Of a DNA stretch of 64,000 nucleotides, positions 29,334 through 38,409 are shown in pieces (position 1 is the stretch's first letter; every line of letters starts with the position of its first letter). Made by a program: the position numbers and the translations under genes. A model generated the notes under the pieces. The model ran no database searches. It worked only from the letters and a program-made list of their open reading frames with translations, and was not told where the DNA came from. Source of the stretch: an uncultured Bacteroidia bacterium (lineage in GTDB: Bacteria > Bacteroidota > Bacteroidia > J057); contig CAYXVE010000001.1 of assembly GCA_964468435.1 (NCBI GenBank), positions 165,020 through 229,019 on the forward strand, read 5' to 3'.

Positions 29334-30641
29334 ATGTCTTCTTCTTCGGGTAGGTTGTTGTCGCTGGATGTTTTTCGTGGTATCACCATCGCAGGGATGA
29401 TCTTAGTCAATGATCCAGGTTCGTGGAATACGGTCTATGCACCCCTTTTGCATGCAGATTGGCATGGTATTACTCCAACAGATCTTGTCTTTCCGTTTTT
29501 CCTATTTATCGTGGGGGTTTCGATTACGTATTCTTTCCGGAAGCAATTACAGGCTGGCAAATCAAAGATGCATATCATAGGGAAGGCCTCCCGAAGAAGT
29601 CTGGTCATTTTTCTGTTGGGCTTATTTTTATCAGGATTTCCGTTTTTTTGGGGAAATGAAATTCAGGGAACCCGTGAGATCGTATATTTGATCTTTTTGG
29701 GGATTACTATAATGGCAACGCTATTCAGAGAGATCGTTTACCAGGAAAAATCACTGAAAATCTACGGAACTCAGACGCGCAAAATTTGGACATACCTGTT
29801 AATGCTCTCTGCAGCAGCTACATTCATACTAATTTTTCCTTATGCTGACCTTGCGAATCTCAGAATCCCGGGAGTTCTTCAACGCATAGCCCTGGTTTTC
29901 TTTTTTTGTTCATGGATCTATCTCTATTCAGGCTGGCGTAATCAGGCATTGATTCTCACGGTACTGCTTCTAAGCTATTGGATACTCATGACCTTTGTCC
30001 CCGTACCTGGTGTGGATGCCCCCAATCTAAATCCGGAAACCAATCTGGGGGCATGGCTGGACAGAACGCTGTTGGGTTCCAGCCACTTGTGGAGTCAGTC
30101 AAAAGTATGGGATCCGGAAGGAATACTTAGTACAATACCTGCAATTGGTACAGGTATTTCAGGAATGCTAACAGGTTTTTTGCTACAAAGCCGCCAAAAA
30201 CCCTCAGAGATCACTTCCTGGGTGTTTGTGCTAGGAAGCTTATTCCTGGTATTGGGGCTTTCATGGGATTTGATTTTTCCTATCAACAAAAAATTGTGGA
30301 CCAGTTCATATGTGCTGTATACAGGAGGGCTTGGGATGTACTTCCTGGCGATATGCTATTGGTTGATCGATATAAAAGGGTACAGGAAATGGACTCCGTT
30401 TTTTGAGGCATACGGCCGAAATCCTATTACGGCTTATGTTGCATCTTCTCTATTAGCCAAAATATTACTGACTGCAAAAACTGCTGAAGGAGAGACCGTC
30501 TGGTCATGGATTTACAATCATATCTTTCTCTCCTGGACGGGGCCTTATAATGCTTCTCTGCTATTTGCCATATCGTTTGTAATTGTAATATGGATTCCGA
30601 TCTGGTATTTTTACAAGCAAAGAATCATCATCAAAGTATGA
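29334..30641 (+). CDS. Polytopic membrane protein of the heparan-alpha-glucosaminide N-acetyltransferase-like family (DUF1624/DUF5009)
   Basis: 435 aa with about 11 hydrophobic segments. The signature N-terminus is RLLSLDVFRGITIAGMILVN. Confidence 0.65.
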   Translation: MSSSSGRLLSLDVFRGITIAGMILVNDPGSWNTVYAPLLHADWHGITPTDLVFPFFLFIVGVSITYSFRKQLQAGKSKMHIIGKASRRSLVIFLLGLFLSGFPFFWGNEIQGTREIVYLIFLGITIMATLFREIVYQEKSLKIYGTQTRKIWTYLLMLSAAATFILIFPYADLANLRIPGVLQRIALVFFFCSWIYLYSGWRNQALILTVLLLSYWILMTFVPVPGVDAPNLNPETNLGAWLDRTLLGSSHLWSQSKVWDPEGILSTIPAIGTGISGMLTGFLLQSRQKPSEITSWVFVLGSLFLVLGLSWDLIFPINKKLWTSSYVLYTGGLGMYFLAICYWLIDIKGYRKWTPFFEAYGRNPITAYVASSLLAKILLTAKTAEGETVWSWIYNHIFLSWTGPYNASLLFAISFVIVIWIPIWYFYKQRIIIKV

Positions 30642-32245
30642 AGCAAAAAGTTCCTTTATGGTTTATTATGGATGTATCAGGAACCCTGTTCCCATCAAAA
30701 TACAATATCTTAGGTACTCGCTACAGGATAATTTTCCTGACAGGCCTTTTGTTGGTGAGTATGTTCTGCTTTTCACAAACTCAGACTCCCAAGCGGGAGT
30801 TTCGTGGGGTATGGATAGCAACTGTCAAAAATATTGACTGGCCATCCAGAGCTGGATTATCCTCAGAAGAGCAGCAGAAAGAATTAGTCGATCTGATCGA
30901 CCGCTATCATCAGATGGGCATGAATGCCATCATTTTTCAGGTAAGACCTGCTGGAGATGTATTCTACTTTTCAGCGATAGAACCCTGGTCTGAATGGCTA
31001 ACCGGTATACAGGGAAAAGCTCCCGTTCCATTTTACGATCCCCTTCAAGTGGTCATAGAGGCATGTCATAAAAGAGGCATGGAATTACATGCATGGGTAA
31101 ATCCATTCCGGGCATATCTGGATGTAGACAGAAAGCGCGTAACCAATGTATTTCATGTGATGCATACTCATCCGGAATGGGTAGTCACCTACGGCCCAAA
31201 TGCCTATGTCGATCCTGGTATACCGACAGCGCGAGATTATGTGATAGACGTCATTGAAGACATCGTAGTGAGATATGATGTGGATGCGATCCATATTGAT
31301 GACTACTTTTATCCTTATAAAATTGAAGGCAAAGATTTTCCCGATACCTTGAGCTTTGAGCGTTATGGGAGAAATTACCGCGATAAAGACGATTGGAGAA
31401 GGGAAAACAACAATCAGTTTATTTTTAAACTGCGTAACATGATCAAAACCCATAAACCATGGGTTGAGCTGGGCATCAGTCCATTTGGTGTATGGCGCAA
31501 CAAAGCTGATGATCCACTTGGATCAGAAACACGGGCTGGTGTCACCAGCTATGATGATCTGTATGCAGATGTTCGCACATGGCTGCAAAAGGGGTGGATC
31601 GATTATGTTGCTCCGCAGATCTATTTCAGTATTGGCTATCCTCCTGCTGCTTACGATGTCTTACTCGATTGGTGGTCGCAAAACAGCTTCAACCGACAGC
31701 TATACATCGGTAAGGCTGCCTACAAAGTCAATAATAACCATGACCAGAACTGGGAGCTTCCCGGACAGATCCCTGGGCAGATACGCATGGATAGACAAAA
31801 GGACAATGTAGATGGAAGTATTTATTTCAGTGCAAAATCTTTTATCCCTAATCCTTTGGGGGTTGAAGATTCATTAAAAAATACGTGGTATCGCTACCGA
31901 TCGCTCCCTCCGGAAGCTGGCTGGTCTTTAGGAGAGGTCTTTACCATCCCACAAAATCTAGAAGCTAGCGTCCAACACAAAGGGGTTATCTTAACATGGA
32001 ACCCTACAGGAAGTACATATGTAGGGATATATAGATTTGGTAAAAAAGATCCCAAAGATATAAGCGACTCCCGTTTTTTGTTGGACGTAATATCGGGTAC
32101 AGATACATATTACATAGATGAAACTATAGATAATAAGGGAAAATATTATTATATCATTACCTCCATTGATCGTTTGTTCAAAGAAAGTCTTCCCACGCTT
32201 CCTTTAAAGGTAAAGGTTAAACGGAAAATGCTACAACGATGGTGA
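30638..32245 (+). CDS. Glycoside-hydrolase-like family 10 (DUF187 / YngK-like) protein
   Basis: REFRGVWIATVKNIDWPS begins a TIM-barrel-like domain. The ATG at 30638 overlaps the upstream stop (ATGA). A signal/anchor segment is present (IIFLTGLLLVSMFCFSQ). Confidence 0.65.
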   Translation: MKQKVPLWFIMDVSGTLFPSKYNILGTRYRIIFLTGLLLVSMFCFSQTQTPKREFRGVWIATVKNIDWPSRAGLSSEEQQKELVDLIDRYHQMGMNAIIFQVRPAGDVFYFSAIEPWSEWLTGIQGKAPVPFYDPLQVVIEACHKRGMELHAWVNPFRAYLDVDRKRVTNVFHVMHTHPEWVVTYGPNAYVDPGIPTARDYVIDVIEDIVVRYDVDAIHIDDYFYPYKIEGKDFPDTLSFERYGRNYRDKDDWRRENNNQFIFKLRNMIKTHKPWVELGISPFGVWRNKADDPLGSETRAGVTSYDDLYADVRTWLQKGWIDYVAPQIYFSIGYPPAAYDVLLDWWSQNSFNRQLYIGKAAYKVNNNHDQNWELPGQIPGQIRMDRQKDNVDGSIYFSAKSFIPNPLGVEDSLKNTWYRYRSLPPEAGWSLGEVFTIPQNLEASVQHKGVILTWNPTGSTYVGIYRFGKKDPKDISDSRFLLDVISGTDTYYIDETIDNKGKYYYIITSIDRLFKESLPTLPLKVKVKRKMLQRW

Positions 32246-32400
32246 TGTATGACCGCTAATTATCAGGTCCCTGCCAACAGGTTTGGGCTAGTTTTCAAAA
32301 TATGATCCCTATGAGCGTTGCATTTTTTACCTCCCTATTTGTGCTGGTATGAGCTTTATCCTTTCGCAATCAATATAGCCCCTCAAGCGTGGAAGGCACA

Positions 32401-32612
32401 AAAGATTGGCTTCATATTCTGTAGATCACTTGTGAGGACCTCATGCCTATGTTGCATTGTTATGGAGATTCTCATGCTCATATGCCTATTCTCGACCATT
32501 TAGCATCTCAAGGGAGTGTTATACAGAAATACCTTTGCCACAGCTTCTGTATGCTCTCCTGTATGCTTTCTGAATATTTCAAAAAATAATAGAAGCTGGC
32601 TTGCTATTTTTT
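32401..32612 (+). pseudogene. Decayed N-terminal fragment of a formylglycine-type sulfatase gene
   Basis: Hand translation gives KDWLHIL*ITCEDLMPMLHCYGDSHAHMPILDHLASQGSVIQ. After a +1 shift near 32528 it continues NTFATASVCSPVCFLN. This follows the sulfatase N-terminal pattern PNILWITCEDISPxLGCYGD...TPNLDxLAxEG...VCxPxR. It has an in-frame TAG where Trp is expected, a frameshift, a lost Arg in the C-x-P-x-R motif, and truncation by the next gene. Confidence 0.55.
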
Positions 32613-33206
32613 AAGATGAGGTCTTACATCTGTTACGATCATCCCAGCTCTTTGAGCGGCAATGATTCCGGGTTCTCCGTCTTCAAATACTTGACAAAAC
32701 TCGGGGCTGATGTTTATTTCCGCTGCACATTTCAGAAAAGTATCAGGGTCAGGTTTATGTGCATCTACGTCATCAGCAGTTATTACAGCCTCAAAGTACT
32801 GTGTAATGTCAAGCTTTTCCAGCAAGTAATGAGCTACTTTGCGTATCCCTCCTGTGCCACAAGCCAGGGGTAGTTTATTGTGATAAGTGTATATAAGCTC
32901 AACAACAGGTTCTAGCGGGAGCACCTGATCAGCAAAGGAAAGAAATGCTTTTTCCTTTCGTACGGTTACAGCCTGGACATCCATTGATAAATTGTAGCGT
33001 CGGTTCATTTGTTCCAGAATGGTAAAGGTAGGGATTCCTGCCAGTTCGTAGAAACGGGATTCAGGAAATTCAAAACCTTCTTCACGGGCGATTTGCTGCC
33101 ATGCCATAAAATGCGCAGGCATGGTGTCTGCCAGGGTGCCGTCGAGATCAAAAATAAGTCCCTGAGCATGGGGATGTATTTCTAGTGTATGCGTTTTAGT
33201 ACTCAT
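32604..33206 (-). CDS. HAD-superfamily hydrolase (beta-phosphoglucomutase-like subfamily)
   Basis: 200 aa with motif I LIFDLDGTLADT. Length and the cap region are typical of HAD subfamily IA. Confidence 0.75.
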   Translation of the reverse strand: MSTKTHTLEIHPHAQGLIFDLDGTLADTMPAHFMAWQQIAREEGFEFPESRFYELAGIPTFTILEQMNRRYNLSMDVQAVTVRKEKAFLSFADQVLPLEPVVELIYTYHNKLPLACGTGGIRKVAHYLLEKLDITQYFEAVITADDVDAHKPDPDTFLKCAAEINISPEFCQVFEDGEPGIIAAQRAGMIVTDVRPHLKK

Positions 33207-33288
33207 TTTGTGCTGTAGGTAAAATGATAGAGATATTTAATTTTCGGCAAAAATAGTGCTTTTATCTGGTTTAAATCTTAAATAATGA

Positions 33289-33296
33289 TAGTTTTG
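33289..33296 (+). promoter_or_regulatory. Candidate -7 promoter box (TAnnTTTG) for asd
   Basis: TAGTTTTG is a perfect consensus match about 100 nt upstream of the asd ATG. The implied leader contains a 7-bp hairpin (cctgaag/cttcagg, 33315-33344). Confidence 0.35.
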
Positions 33297-33395
33297 CATT
33301 CGAGTATGTTAATACCTGAAGGGATATAGGTTTCTGTCTTCAGGATGACGTATTTCATTCATTGGAGACTGATTTAATCATCACAACTTATAACA

Positions 33396-34385
33396 ATGAA
33401 AGTAGCAGTGGTTGGAGCAACTGGTCTGGTAGGACAGCAAATGTTGAGCGTACTGGAAGAGACGCATTTTCCTGTTACTACGCTAATTCCGGTTGCATCG
33501 GAAAGATCTGTAGGGACGCCTGTCCAGTTTCAGGGTAAGGATGTAAACGTTGAGGGTATGGAGGAAGCTATTGCACTTCGTCCTGATATCGCGTTATTTT
33601 CAGCTGGCTCTGGTATTAGTAGGGATTTTGCTCCTCGTTTTGCAGAGGTAGGGACAGTGGTTATCGACAACTCTTCTGCATGGCGAATGGAGAAGGATGT
33701 TCCCCTGGTGGTTCCAGAGATTAACATGCATACCGTCAAACATGCCAAAATTATCGCTAATCCCAACTGCTCAACGATACAGATGGTCATGGCACTGGCT
33801 CCACTTCACAAATCCTTTCAGATAAAGCGATTGATAATCAGTACTTATCAAAGTGTAACAGGAACAGGAAAGGAAGCATTGGATCAACTGATGAATGAGC
33901 GCAGTGGCAAGAGCGGCAAGAAGGTATATCCATATCGGATTGATATGAACTGCTTACCTCACTGTGATGTGTTTCTGGTAAATGACTATACTCAGGAAGA
34001 GATGAAACTAGTACATGAGACGCGCAAGATCCTGGAAGATCCATCTCTTCGCATTACAGCTACCGCAGTGCGTGTTCCAGTGATGGGAGGGCATTCCGAG
34101 TCTGTCAATGTTGAATTTGAAAAGCCTTTTGAAGTACATGAGGTACGTAGATTGCTGGCAGAAATGCCAGGCGTAGTGGTACAGGATAATCCTTCTAAAA
34201 ATGAATACCCTATGCCCAATCTGGCAGGTGGAAAAGATGAAGTATTTGTGGGAAGGATACGCAGGGATGAATCCATTGAAAATGGATTAAATCTATGGAT
34301 TGTATCCGATAACCTTCGAAAAGGGGCAGCAACCAATGCCGTTCAGATCGCCTTGAAATTAATCAAAGATAAGGCGATAGTCTAA
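33396..34385 (+). CDS. asd: Aspartate-semialdehyde dehydrogenase
   Basis: 329 aa. Motifs are MKVAVVGATGLVG and IANPNCSTIQM (active-site Cys). C-terminal domain is typical of Asd. Confidence 0.9.
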   Translation: MKVAVVGATGLVGQQMLSVLEETHFPVTTLIPVASERSVGTPVQFQGKDVNVEGMEEAIALRPDIALFSAGSGISRDFAPRFAEVGTVVIDNSSAWRMEKDVPLVVPEINMHTVKHAKIIANPNCSTIQMVMALAPLHKSFQIKRLIISTYQSVTGTGKEALDQLMNERSGKSGKKVYPYRIDMNCLPHCDVFLVNDYTQEEMKLVHETRKILEDPSLRITATAVRVPVMGGHSESVNVEFEKPFEVHEVRRLLAEMPGVVVQDNPSKNEYPMPNLAGGKDEVFVGRIRRDESIENGLNLWIVSDNLRKGAATNAVQIALKLIKDKAIV

Positions 34386-34429
34386 CATGCTGGAATGATT
34401 TGATTCCTCATAGTTACCTGCAAGATTTT

Positions 34430-34666
34430 ATGGAAGCATATACTCCCAGTCAACTTGCGCTCCGCAATGGGCAGGAAAAAGAGCAAATATGGGTAGCCTA
34501 TAAAGGGCTTATCTATGATGTTACAGAGAGTCGTCACTGGCGAAATGGTATTCATTATCGCCACTGGGCAGGACAAGACCTTACAGAAGAGCTCCAGGAA
34601 GCTCCACACACAGATGCAGTCTTTCGACGGATGAAGGTGATAGGAAAATTAGTAGTCAATCCATAG
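34430..34666 (+). CDS. Cytochrome b5-like heme/steroid-binding domain protein
   Basis: About 78 aa from the ATG at 34430. The pattern LALRNGQEKEQIWVAYKGLIYDVTESRHW...HWAGQDLTEEL is typical of small bacterial cyt-b5-like proteins. The 3' end overlaps the convergent patatin gene by 11 nt. Confidence 0.6.
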   Translation: MEAYTPSQLALRNGQEKEQIWVAYKGLIYDVTESRHWRNGIHYRHWAGQDLTEELQEAPHTDAVFRRMKVIGKLVVNP

Positions 34667-37001
34667 CCCGGGGGTTGAAAAGGATGAATCCAGCATGAAA
34701 CAGGATTTGAAAGTTTTTCTGATCACTGGAATAATAATTTCCCCTTAGACCCACAGGTCCGAACGGCGTATGAAATATCAGTCCAGTAGTGGCTGCAAAA
34801 TTTGGCTCCCAAAAGTCGTATTCAATCTTAGGAATCTGACTAATGGAAGATTCTCCCTGTAAACTTCCAAATGAATTGATCAGAAAGCCTTCTATTCTGA
34901 AATCCAGGCTGTTGTTCAGATGATAAATTCCTTTGATGCCTGTCATAGCATAGGTAGGGGCTCTGAACTCACGCAAAAAAAGCGTCTGACTTTCAGGAAA
35001 AGGGTTGATCTCAGGAGCATACAATTGGGTGGAGAATAAATTGGAAAATTCAGGCAGGTTTGACGCCACACCTTCAATGTGATACCCAAAGGTCCACCAT
35101 TTGCTAATGGGAATATATCGCTCCGCTGTGCTGCTCACCTTCCACCAGTTGTGGTTGACTTCTGCAGCGGATTCTATTTCTGAGGTTGTACCCGGCGTGT
35201 AGTTCTCCTGTCCTGCATAAAAGTTGATGGCAAACAGATAGCGTGATCCTTTATTGGAATATTGTCTTTTGTTGAGATTATTTCTGGATATTTCCAGTCC
35301 TCCTTTGAGCCCTGAAAATTTCAGGTTATCGAGTTCATCGGCGGGGTCTAATATTTCAAGGTTGCTGAAACGGTCTCTGTTACTTATGTATGCAGTCTCT
35401 ACTTTTAGCTTTCGTTTATAGCCTAGTGCAATACCAATGTTCATCCCAATCGTGCGGTCGATTCGGTCCAGAATGACGCGATTATCACCCTTGACGAGAA
35501 AATCTTCTGTATCCAGATAGTCCCAGTTATTATACACGAAGATGGGTTCCAGATAAAACTGGGGCGAAGACGCAAAGACAGATTTGTATCTCACTTGAAA
35601 GCTTTGATAGAAACTACTCGCATATCCATTTATCGAGAAAGTGGATAACTGTTTTCCCAGGCGTTTGTAGTCAGCACCCACATACAAGTAGCCTATACCT
35701 TTTGAGGCTGCCAAAACACCTATTTTAGCATCCAGAATATTCTCTGGATTTATAGTTACTTCAAATTCAAATGTGCTATCGGCTTTTTCGTAGATGATTT
35801 GCGGAATCATCTGTTCAAAATAAGGTTCGGAGGTCAGTTTGTAATAATTGGTTTTGATTTCTTGCATAGTTTGGAGGCCATTGTTGCGGGTCAGAAATTT
35901 TCTGATATATGATTCCTGAGAGCGATTAGGGCCTTTGACACTCACTTTATCAAATTTTAAGGCAATCGTATCCTTGTGAAAGAAATGTCGTTTTTCCTCC
36001 TGGGTTTTACCGTCTACTCTACGCGATATCTTTTGTTTGATTTCATCCATGTGGTTCATGGCTTCAATGTAGCCACTATCAATAATCGACTGTACCTTTG
36101 TGAAGTCCAGAGCGTTAAAACGGTTGAGATAGGGTTGAAGGTATATATCCCCGGGGCCGAGCGCGGTATCTGATTTACTTACGATGCTGAAAAAAAGAGC
36201 CTGAGAAAGGAGTTCTTCATCATTTTCATAGGGATATTCATTGAAATTTTTATCAGAAACATTTATTCCGATGATGACGTCCGGGTCAAAGTCTTTGGTC
36301 GCCAAGTCTGTTGGAAAATTGTTGTAAATACCTCCGTCAAACACATATCGGTTGTCAATTTTAATAGGTCTGTAAAATAGTGGCACCGACATAGTTGCTC
36401 GAACTGCTTTGCTGAGGTAGCCTGATTTCAGCTCGAGGAGTTCCTGAGTAAATATTTCTGAGGCGGTAGTACGGAAAGGCACAAACAGGCTATCAAAATT
36501 ATTGCTAGCTATTCTCGAATATTGAACCAGTTTTTCTGAAAGCGCCAGATTAAGGCTGAGATCTTTTGCCAAATAGGTGGACAGTTGAGTCTGTAAGCCT
36601 AATTTTACCTTGAGTTCCAGGCTGATCAATGAAGGATCTAGGTCGGGTTTTGGGAAGTAATAATTGTAAGGATCAGGTATACGGCCATTCATCCAATCTT
36701 GAAATTCATCTGAAAGAGCAATTTGCTCAATTTCTAAAGGTGAATAACCAGCAGCATAAAATCCCCCGATGACTCCCCCCATGGAAGTGCCAGCTACGAA
36801 ATCAATAGGGATATTGTTTTCTTCAAGAGCTTTGAGTACACCGATATGTGCAAGACCTTTGGCTCCACCGCCACTCATTACGACAGCTATTTTTTCATCT
36901 TGGGCAAATACAGATACTTGGATCAACCCTGGAATAAATAGAGTCGTGAAAATATATGCCCATGGCAAGTTAAGCATATTGCTAAATCCTGTTTGGTTCA
37001 A
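34656..37001 (-). CDS. Patatin-like phospholipase fused to an Omp85/surface-antigen beta-barrel (PlpD-like, type Vd architecture)
   Basis: 781 aa. After a signal peptide comes the patatin oxyanion and nucleophile pair (VVMSGGGAKG, GTSMGG). The C-terminal approximately 450 aa are beta-rich and end in an aromatic-rich barrel-like terminus. Confidence 0.7.
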   Translation of the reverse strand: MNQTGFSNMLNLPWAYIFTTLFIPGLIQVSVFAQDEKIAVVMSGGGAKGLAHIGVLKALEENNIPIDFVAGTSMGGVIGGFYAAGYSPLEIEQIALSDEFQDWMNGRIPDPYNYYFPKPDLDPSLISLELKVKLGLQTQLSTYLAKDLSLNLALSEKLVQYSRIASNNFDSLFVPFRTTASEIFTQELLELKSGYLSKAVRATMSVPLFYRPIKIDNRYVFDGGIYNNFPTDLATKDFDPDVIIGINVSDKNFNEYPYENDEELLSQALFFSIVSKSDTALGPGDIYLQPYLNRFNALDFTKVQSIIDSGYIEAMNHMDEIKQKISRRVDGKTQEEKRHFFHKDTIALKFDKVSVKGPNRSQESYIRKFLTRNNGLQTMQEIKTNYYKLTSEPYFEQMIPQIIYEKADSTFEFEVTINPENILDAKIGVLAASKGIGYLYVGADYKRLGKQLSTFSINGYASSFYQSFQVRYKSVFASSPQFYLEPIFVYNNWDYLDTEDFLVKGDNRVILDRIDRTIGMNIGIALGYKRKLKVETAYISNRDRFSNLEILDPADELDNLKFSGLKGGLEISRNNLNKRQYSNKGSRYLFAINFYAGQENYTPGTTSEIESAAEVNHNWWKVSSTAERYIPISKWWTFGYHIEGVASNLPEFSNLFSTQLYAPEINPFPESQTLFLREFRAPTYAMTGIKGIYHLNNSLDFRIEGFLINSFGSLQGESSISQIPKIEYDFWEPNFAATTGLIFHTPFGPVGLRGNYYSSDQKNFQILFHAGFILFNPRAMD

Positions 37002-37096
37002 CGCTATATAGTTGATATCACTATCTGGGTAAACGAAAAGGATTATTCTGGGTTGGTATGATTTTCCATCCGCGATAAAAAATCTTTCCAGTTTGT

Positions 37097-38197
37097 TTAT
37101 TCATCACCAAAACTGATCCCGATACCTCTAGCTGTATTGAGTAGAAAAGAGTCGGGATTGACATGATTGTATTCACGGGTGGCTTCTTCGAGAGATACAT
37201 CAATGATGGTATTATTACGATGGGCAGCCATTCTGCCATATTTTTGCTCCAACACCATTTCAAAAGCCTTTACTCCAAATTCGGTAGCCAGTATACGGTC
37301 GAAGGAGATCGGAGTACCCCCACGCTGTAGGTGTCCTAGTACAGTAACGCGTATGCTTTGATTACATCCGGCTTCTTTGATATCTTCTGCCAGTTGATAA
37401 GATATTCCCCCTAAACGTTTATTTTGATATCCTACTTCTTTGGATTCACGAACTACTATCGTACCTTTTTGGGGTCTTGCACCTTCAGCTACTATGATAT
37501 TGGCAAATCCTCGGTTATTGTGAAAACGTTCCTTGATGCGATTTACTACGCAATTGATATCATAAGGAATCTCAGGAATCAGGCATACTTCTGCTCCTCC
37601 CGCTACCGCCGAGTGCAAGGCGATCCATCCTGCATCGCGTCCCATGACTTCCAGGATCATAATCCGGTTGTGGCTTTCTGCTGTGGTTACCAGCCTATCT
37701 ACGGCTTCAGTGGCTATCTGTACTGCAGTACGAAAACCAAAGGTATAATCGGTAGCTGACAGGTCATTGTCGATCGTCTTGGGAACGCCAATGATATTCA
37801 AACCTTTTTCGTACAAGGCATGTGAGATTTTTTGAGATCCATCTCCTCCTACACTGATGACGGCTTCAATGTCAAGATCATTACAGCGTTTGATTAGTTC
37901 TTCTGAACGGTCTTCAGTTGTCCAACTTCCATCGGGCTGCCCAACTGGCCAGTTAAAGGGGCCACCCTTATTAGTCGTACCAATGATGGTCCCACCTTTT
38001 ACGTGAATCCCAGCAACAGTAGCCTCATCTAGAACCATGACCTCCTGAGGATCATGGAGTACTCCATTAAAAGCTTCGCGACTACCCAGAATTTCCCAGC
38101 CTCCTTCCCTCACAGAGCGTTTAACGATTGCCCGAATGACAGCATTAAGCCCCGGACAATCTCCCCCTCCTGTTACAACAAGTATGCGTTTTTTCAT
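37097..38197 (-). CDS. pfkA: 6-phosphofructokinase
   Basis: Motifs are MKKRILVVTGGGDCPGLNAVIR, GGDGS and PKTIDNDL. The ATG at 38197 is preferred to the longer track ORF (38263). Confidence 0.88.
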   Translation of the reverse strand: MKKRILVVTGGGDCPGLNAVIRAIVKRSVREGGWEILGSREAFNGVLHDPQEVMVLDEATVAGIHVKGGTIIGTTNKGGPFNWPVGQPDGSWTTEDRSEELIKRCNDLDIEAVISVGGDGSQKISHALYEKGLNIIGVPKTIDNDLSATDYTFGFRTAVQIATEAVDRLVTTAESHNRIMILEVMGRDAGWIALHSAVAGGAEVCLIPEIPYDINCVVNRIKERFHNNRGFANIIVAEGARPQKGTIVVRESKEVGYQNKRLGGISYQLAEDIKEAGCNQSIRVTVLGHLQRGGTPISFDRILATEFGVKAFEMVLEQKYGRMAAHRNNTIIDVSLEEATREYNHVNPDSFLLNTARGIGISFGDE

Positions 38198-38364
38198 TTG
38201 AGTAGTAAATTTATTATCATAAGCTAAATATCCGGGGGGAATTCTTCTTGGGTATTGCTCCATGAAGCGCTTACCCGGTTTATAGAAAATAGTTTTCTAG
38301 AGCATAATTGATCATTGATCCAAATATAGTTGGTAGGCGAAGCAAGACCAACTTTATTATTTTT

Positions 38365-38372
38365 TATCTTTG
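38365..38372 (+). promoter_or_regulatory. Candidate -7 promoter box (TAnnTTTG) for mutS
   Basis: TATCTTTG is a perfect consensus match 37 nt upstream of the GTG start of mutS. Confidence 0.4.
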
Positions 38373-38409
38373 TAAAATGTACCCGGTTCAGGTAACGTGA
38401 ATATTAGCA

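Noticed and set aside
32318-32873. Track ORFs 32318-32503 (61 aa) and 32601-32873 (90 aa) could be genes.
   Set aside because: The first is an alternative frame across the sulfatase relic and has nonsense composition. The second is antisense to the well-supported HAD hydrolase gene.
34656-37001. The patatin-like phospholipase could be a CBASS (CapV-like) effector.
   Set aside because: No cyclic-oligonucleotide synthase or other CBASS genes are adjacent. The protein has a signal peptide and an Omp85-type barrel, which points to an outer-membrane autotransporter architecture.
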